Origin: Podospora anserina
Lineage: Eukaryota
DNA: 64,000 nt
NCBI GenBank assembly: GCA_017654855.1
Contig: CM030338.1
Location: 1,116,001 to 1,180,000, forward strand
Direction of reading: 5' to 3'
Shown here: one piece after another, positions 58,529-64,000 of the stretch
Layout: every line of letters begins with the position of its first letter
How positions within the stretch are numbered: the stretch's first letter is position 1
Translations under genes and position numbers: made by a program
The notes under the pieces: generated by a model
Database searches by the model: none
Seen by the model: only the letters and a program-made list of their open reading frames with translations
Told to the model about the DNA's origin: nothing

Positions 58529-60398
58529 CTGGCTTGTGCAAAGTAAATACCTGGTAAAGCTGCTGCTTGGGCTCCACTACGGAGGGAGCTGCGCTCGAGG
58601 AGACCCGGCGGCAGCTGTTCAGGGCTTGACGTGTTAGCATGTGGTGGTTTGCTAGGTGGGGGCGGGCGGATTGCTCTATGTGTGCTATATGTGGTGGTGT
58701 TGGTGGTGGTGGGTGCACGGGCAATTAAGCAGCGGAAAAGAAAACCAGAGCTTCCAAAGAGCGGAAGCTCTGAGATGGCTTTGGTGGCGGTAAGCGAACG
58801 TGAGCAGGCCAGGGCAGATATGCCTTGAGCCAAGCAGAACCTTGTCCGAAGCTCAAACAATTCAGCAAAAAAGGGCTTGTTTGTCTGGCTTTCACGGCCA
58901 ACTTAACCGCGTTGCAGAAAAGCGTGACGCCTTTTTGGTGGTGCTGAAAAGTAGGTGTGGGGGAGGGGAGGTTGAGCTTTGGGGGAGGTCTGATGTAAGT
59001 GGTAAACGGGACCTGGACTGTGAAGCGACAAGCGAGCGGAAGACCCTCGGTGGAGAGCTGGCTAGGCTACAGGGCTAGCGCCGAACAGGCAGACAGGCGG
59101 GCTGGGACTGACGGAGCAGCAGAGCACCTAGCCAGCATGGAAAACTGAGCGCAAAGACAAGACGGAACTCACCTTGATTCCAGTCGGGACCTGACGAATG
59201 ATGATGATGGATGGCCGGAGTACATGTGTGAGGGAGAGAGAGCTATGGCCAGATGAACGGGAGCTGATCGGATGCTGTACTGGACAATCTGGATGATGCC
59301 GATGCTCGATGGATGAGGGATGGCGAGACTGGCCCGTGGGTACTCTTCCAGTCTTTCTTTTGCAAGAGTGAATCGAAGTTATCGGATGTGGGGCAGCGAA
59401 CCTACACTAAGCGGACCTGGGGGACAAGGCGGGGCAGGGTGGGGCAGACCTCTGTATTTAGTGACGGCTTCGAGAAAGATGCAGCCTTCTTTTTTCAGCT
59501 GTTCTTCAATTGGGATGCAGATCTATACCAGGCAGGTGAAACAGCTTCCATGTATGATTATTGTTGAGGGTTTGAGAGCAATGGGAGGCTGCTACGAGCT
59601 GCTCTTCTCTCAGCTGGTACTTGAGAAGCTAGGTAGCTTTCCGCGCCAAATGGAAGCATCCACAGCCCCGGCACTCCAGCTGTTTGTGCGTACGTCATCA
59701 ACTCCACGGTGCTGGAAGAACACCTAGCTACGGCTTTTTATCAACCATTCGTATCGAGGAGGTCAGTTATTATGCTGTGCTCGTTTATTTTATTTTTATT
59801 TCTTTTTTTGCCTTTTTGTCTTCGAGATCTTCAGCTGCCTATCTATTAAATCATTCCGACACGCACACGCGTACCTAGATACGTAGTATCTTGTAGGGTT
59901 GCATTCTGGAAGAGAAGGCTCGGGATCTTCTTTGTCAACAGCTGTCTTTCATCTTTGCTGCCCTGCCACTCATCCGTGCCCCATTCAAGTCCTTCTCGGA
60001 TCTTGCAGACGGGGGCTCAAATGACTACTTGACTGAGATTGACACATGCAAGAATCCGTTGAGGGAGTACCAAACCCAGCATGCAGCCCCTCTGTGAGAT
60101 GCTTCCGAGTTCAAGTGACAACCTGGAAGATATCTGCCAAGCAAATCAGCTTGAGAATTGTGGGCCGCCGCCGTTCGCTGACACCTGCTGGCTCGGCCCG
60201 GCTCGTTGGAACCAAAGTTTCATTCTGTCTCCGCCGCCGCCGCCGCCAAAAAAAAAAAGTAAACTCAATTCAGTACGCCAAGACATCGAAATACTGTAGA
60301 TGTACCTACTGCGTAAACCGAGAAACTCTGACTCCTCTTTTTTTTTTTTTTCCCAGTATCCCCTTCTGCAAGATACCAGTATCAAAGCCAACCAAACA

Positions 60399-61180
60399 AT
60401 GGAACGCAAAAGAATTGTCCACACGTTGGACACCCCATTTTCTGTCGTCGAGTGGTATGGAACGGCCCATGAGTTCTTTGTCACAACCCGACCCGTATGT
60501 TGACCGGTACCACCACAGGCCACAAATAAGTCAAGAAGACCAAGATGTAATTTTGGAGCTCCTCTGCCAGTGCGTTGTTTCTCTCGTACCCGTGACTCTA
60601 GATGTCTCATCTCAAGTCTCTGACTAACCTCGCCTTCAGTTTGCTTTCGCCTCTTGGGACTCATCGAAGATTATTTGTCACGCCATCAAAAGGCATGAGA
60701 GATCGAAAACGCAAGCGTGCCCAAGATGAAGACCCTGTTCCCCCAACTCCGGAGCTTGCTGGATACGTAGACGTGGGCCTGTCTCATATCTCCAGGACTC
60801 TCCAAACCATGTCTGGCAAGGACGCGAAGCCGTACAGCGTCGTCTTCGTGGCCCGGTCTGGTCAGTCGTCCGCGTTTCACTGCCATTTTCCCCAGATGGT
60901 TGCGCTCGCTTCTCGGTCTCAGCCGCCAGAAAAGGCTGTCAGGTTGGTTGGTATCTCCAAGGCATGTGAGGACAAACTGAGCGCAGCCCTGGGCATTCCT
61001 CGAGTTTCCAGCATAGCTCTGCGAGAAGATGCTCCGCAGGCCAAAGGTCTTGTGGACTTTGTGCGAGAGCACGTCAAGCCAGTTGAGGTTGCATGGCTCA
61101 AAGAGGCCCGAGCAGGCCAATATCTCGACACCAAAATCGACGCCGTGCCTACCAAGATAGGCGTCAAGAAGAAGGCTTGA
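60399..61180 (+). CDS. POP3: RNase P/MRP protein subunit Pop3-like (L7Ae fold)
   Basis: Exons 60399-60454, 60519-60569, 60640-61180 give MERKRIVHTLDTPFSVVEWPQISQEDQDVILELLCHLLSPLG..HFPQMVALAS..LSAALGIPRVSSIAL..V(A)WL. This pattern matches fungal Pop3 as recalled. Confidence 0.8.
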
Positions 61181-61426
61181 TCGGCCTGTGATATTTGACG
61201 CAAGAACAAACTGCAACAAGCTTGTTTTCTTTGCCTCCCAACTTATACTGGTCACTTGCAGCAAACCGAGCACAGTCATCTTGGGAGACAACATGTTGTC
61301 CTTCCACAGGCACTGTCTTGTTGGACTCTCGTCATTCATTAGGTCCGCGCTCCAGAGATAGCCTTCACCTATACTTTGGCCGGCTAGTTCGCAGGATTTG
61401 TTGCCACTACGGAAAAATAAATCAAT

Positions 61427-62629
61427 ATGGATGGCAGACCACCTACTGAGGGCCCCAACCAAGCCAAAAGTGCTGGAGCTTCTGATGCTCGACGTACCTC
61501 TGATGATCCTGACAAGCCTGACCCTGAGCTTTTGGCACTGATGAGGAACAGCGTGAGATATCTCACACTTACAGAGTCGCAGGATGACGACAACAATAGA
61601 AACCGGCCAACCGGGCACGAATCGCGCTCTCCTCCTTTACCCCCTCAACCAGAACCAACGCCCACGTCAACTGCCGCTCCTACTCCCTCCGGAACACCGG
61701 GCACCGCCAGTCTCCTTCCCCAGGTCCGCCGGTTCAAGACGTTTATGACGCAGGAAGAAATTGACGAACACAAGACAACAGCCCCAACCCACATCGCCGA
61801 CTTTCTACCACCACCAAACAATCATCCCGAAGATGATAACACTCCCAAATCACCCCATCCCACCACTCCTCCCGGGTCAGGCGGCATCAGCATCCCCGTG
61901 TGCCTCCCCTTTCGGCCAATCACTAAAAAGCTCGATGCGGTGGAGGAGCAGCAGAGCCAAGAGCCAAAGCAGGAGGCATCAACACCCGCCCCACACAAAC
62001 GAAACAAGAGTCACGGCGACCACATCGACTCCGCCATCCGCACCCGTCTCCCGGATTCTGCCTCTCCCAAGCCCAGGGCAAATTCCGAGGGGGTCTCCAT
62101 CCCGACTCCTACACGCCCCCCTCCCCCTCCACCGGTAGAAGCACAGCTCAGGTCCTCTGTTGGCACTATGGATACGGACAAGACCCCAAAGAAGGTGGTC
62201 AGTCCTAGTTTTAGGCGTTTGATGGAGAGGGAGCTTTCTTCTGGTGGTCCAAGTCTGACTCTAGCTGGTCCATCGAGTGCGGGTCCTTCTTCAGCTGGCG
62301 CAAGAGGGGCAAGGGGTACCGTGATCAAGGATCCGTCTGGGAGGATCTTTGATATCGAGTTTATGAGGAAAAAATGGCAGGATGCCGCGGTTGCGGAGAC
62401 GAAACAAGCTGCTGCTGGGGTGGAGAAGACGTTGATGGGGATCAGTGAGACATTGAAGAGCATTCGACTGGACCATGCTGATGAAAAGGACGAGAAGGTC
62501 AAGGTTCAGAAGGCTGATAAAGGCGAGGAGGAGGAGAAGAAGAAGAAAGATGATGGAGACGGTAAAGACGATGAGAAGAAATTACAAGGCCCCAAGGAGA
62601 AAGATGGTGGTGGTGATGCCACGGCATAG
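61427..62629 (+). CDS. Hypothetical low-complexity protein (400 aa)
   Basis: Long ATG-initiated ORF with a Pro/Thr-rich N-half and Lys/Glu/Asp-rich tail. It shows the same C-to-G compositional polarity as neighbouring genes. No recognisable domain. Confidence 0.65.
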   Translation: MDGRPPTEGPNQAKSAGASDARRTSDDPDKPDPELLALMRNSVRYLTLTESQDDDNNRNRPTGHESRSPPLPPQPEPTPTSTAAPTPSGTPGTASLLPQVRRFKTFMTQEEIDEHKTTAPTHIADFLPPPNNHPEDDNTPKSPHPTTPPGSGGISIPVCLPFRPITKKLDAVEEQQSQEPKQEASTPAPHKRNKSHGDHIDSAIRTRLPDSASPKPRANSEGVSIPTPTRPPPPPPVEAQLRSSVGTMDTDKTPKKVVSPSFRRLMERELSSGGPSLTLAGPSSAGPSSAGARGARGTVIKDPSGRIFDIEFMRKKWQDAAVAETKQAAAGVEKTLMGISETLKSIRLDHADEKDEKVKVQKADKGEEEEKKKKDDGDGKDDEKKLQGPKEKDGGGDATA

Positions 62630-62999
62630 GAAGGGTTAGGGTTGGAATCTGGCAGACAAAAAAAAAAGAGCGCTGAAAATAGACTTTTGATTTGACATGA
62701 CCGATTTTCCACCTCGACTCCATGTGGAACTCTGACGTGATGAGCTAATGGAAATGGCTGAGAGTGACGCCAAGTTACCAAACTTCCATATCTTCAGGTT
62801 GACTCTAGAGTCCAAAACGAGGCGTTGCCATCACCAGTTATCTGAGCAATATAAAAGTGACTCAATGCAGGGCACGAGACTAGGGCTCGTAAAACTTTGG
62901 TATCTATGCACAACTACGCATATGCCGCCCTCCCCAATGCAGAAAGCCAAAGCCAGACCAACCAGCCCACAACTCCATGCCGCAAAAGAACAACAAAAA

Positions 63000-64000
63000 T
63001 TAGAATCGGCTGATACCCCGTCCAAAGATCCAGGAGATTACCCAGTAAATCGGCACGAGCAACTTATTCCTCCACGACATCGCCTTGGTGAGATAGGCTC
63101 CCCTCCAAAGGACCCATGCCACCCACCCCTTGAGCTCATCGGCCTTGCTCTGGTGAATGGCCTTCCACCCACCCAGATACGTCATCGTCCCCCAATTCCT
63201 GAACTTGAACTCCTTCCCGTCCTGACCTGGTGAAATCCCCTTGTTCAGCTCCTTAGCCAGATACTGCGCCTCCTGAGCAGCAACCTGCGCCGTCTTTGGG
63301 AGGGGGTCATGCTCGATAAAACTGCAATCTCCAATGACGTACACCCCATCCAACGGCTTCTTCTCCAACTCATTTCCTTCCTCAGGCTTAGCATCAGCAT
63401 CCACGCTCAAAGCCCTCATATACCCATCCACCACCAACCCCCCACTCCTCTTGTCCCTAACCAACCTCCTCCTCTCCAGCACCTCCCCCGTCATCGGATT
63501 CTTACTCTTACTCACCACCACCTCCTTCTCAGCCAACTTTGCAATCAGAGGATTAGCCATCAACCCCGTACTCCAAACCACCATCCCGGCCCCAACCTCC
63601 CCCCCATTCTCCTCGACTTCCCTAATCTTGATCCGCACCGCCCCGTGCCGTCTCCCCAACTTCCCATCCGCAAGCCTGATCCTTTCCAGATGGTGCTCCG
63701 TCTTGACCTCGATCCCCTGCCTGGCAAAATGCCCCATCGCATAATCCGCCAAAGCCTTGTCAAACATCGGCAGCACCTTTGGCGCGACATCATAAACCGT
63801 GATTTTGACAAAGCGCATCAGCTCGGGGTACATCTTTCCCAAATCGTCACGGATAAAATCGTGGAGCTCAGCCGCCCATTCGATCCCCGTCGGACCGCCG
63901 CCCACAACGGCAAAGTGCAACAAAGCCCTCTTGTCATCATCGGTAAGAACATGCCCGTTGCTGTTGGGGCTGCTGCTGCTGGGGTAAGAGCACTGCTCAA
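63000..64000 (-). CDS. Type II (alternative) NADH:ubiquinone oxidoreductase, C-terminal part (gene runs off the window)
   Basis: The frame is open from the window edge. Motifs HFAVVGGGPTGIEWAAELHD, VVWSTG, VYVIGDC, LPKTAQVAAQEAQYLAK, WRGAYL and FGRGISRF. Confidence 0.93.
   Translation of the reverse strand, partial: EQCSYPSSSSPNSNGHVLTDDDKRALLHFAVVGGGPTGIEWAAELHDFIRDDLGKMYPELMRFVKITVYDVAPKVLPMFDKALADYAMGHFARQGIEVKTEHHLERIRLADGKLGRRHGAVRIKIREVEENGGEVGAGMVVWSTGLMANPLIAKLAEKEVVVSKSKNPMTGEVLERRRLVRDKRSGGLVVDGYMRALSVDADAKPEEGNELEKKPLDGVYVIGDCSFIEHDPLPKTAQVAAQEAQYLAKELNKGISPGQDGKEFKFRNWGTMTYLGGWKAIHQSKADELKGWVAWVLWRGAYLTKAMSWRNKLLVPIYWVISWIFGRGISRF

Noticed and set aside
1-64000. Transposons, RIP-degraded repeats, secondary-metabolite cluster, NLR/HET or meiotic-drive genes
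   Set aside because: I saw no transposase/RT motifs, terminal repeats, AT-rich RIP blocks, PKS/NRPS or NACHT/HET motifs. Gene content is housekeeping.

Overview
Eukaryotic (filamentous ascomycete) genomic DNA, most likely Sordariales and Podospora-like. This is inferred from short GT-AG introns with CTRAC branch sites, a solitary dispersed 5S rRNA gene and gene content. The window is core genome with about 17 protein-coding genes: an ACE1/SltA-type C2H2 factor, a PGAP4/TMEM246-like glycosyltransferase, an LMBR1-domain protein, aldehyde dehydrogenase, Sec12, SMP-30/gluconolactonase, a bZIP factor, an NFKBIL1-like protein, a small GPI protein, Sin1, a PRCC-like protein, a giant USP deubiquitinase, Pop3, a partial type II NADH dehydrogenase and three hypothetical proteins. 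I saw no transposon, CRISPR array or secondary-metabolite cluster. The most notable unexplained features are: (1) a 633-nt hairpin-dense intron in the SMP-30 gene, containing an alternative 5' splice site and C/D-box-like ends; (2) a tRNA-like Pol III element (GCA anticodon, broken acceptor stem) at about 8.26-8.39 kb; (3) a strong C-rich to G-rich polarity switch inside many genes; (4) a variant 5S rRNA. All gene identities come from motif recognition by eye, not database searches.
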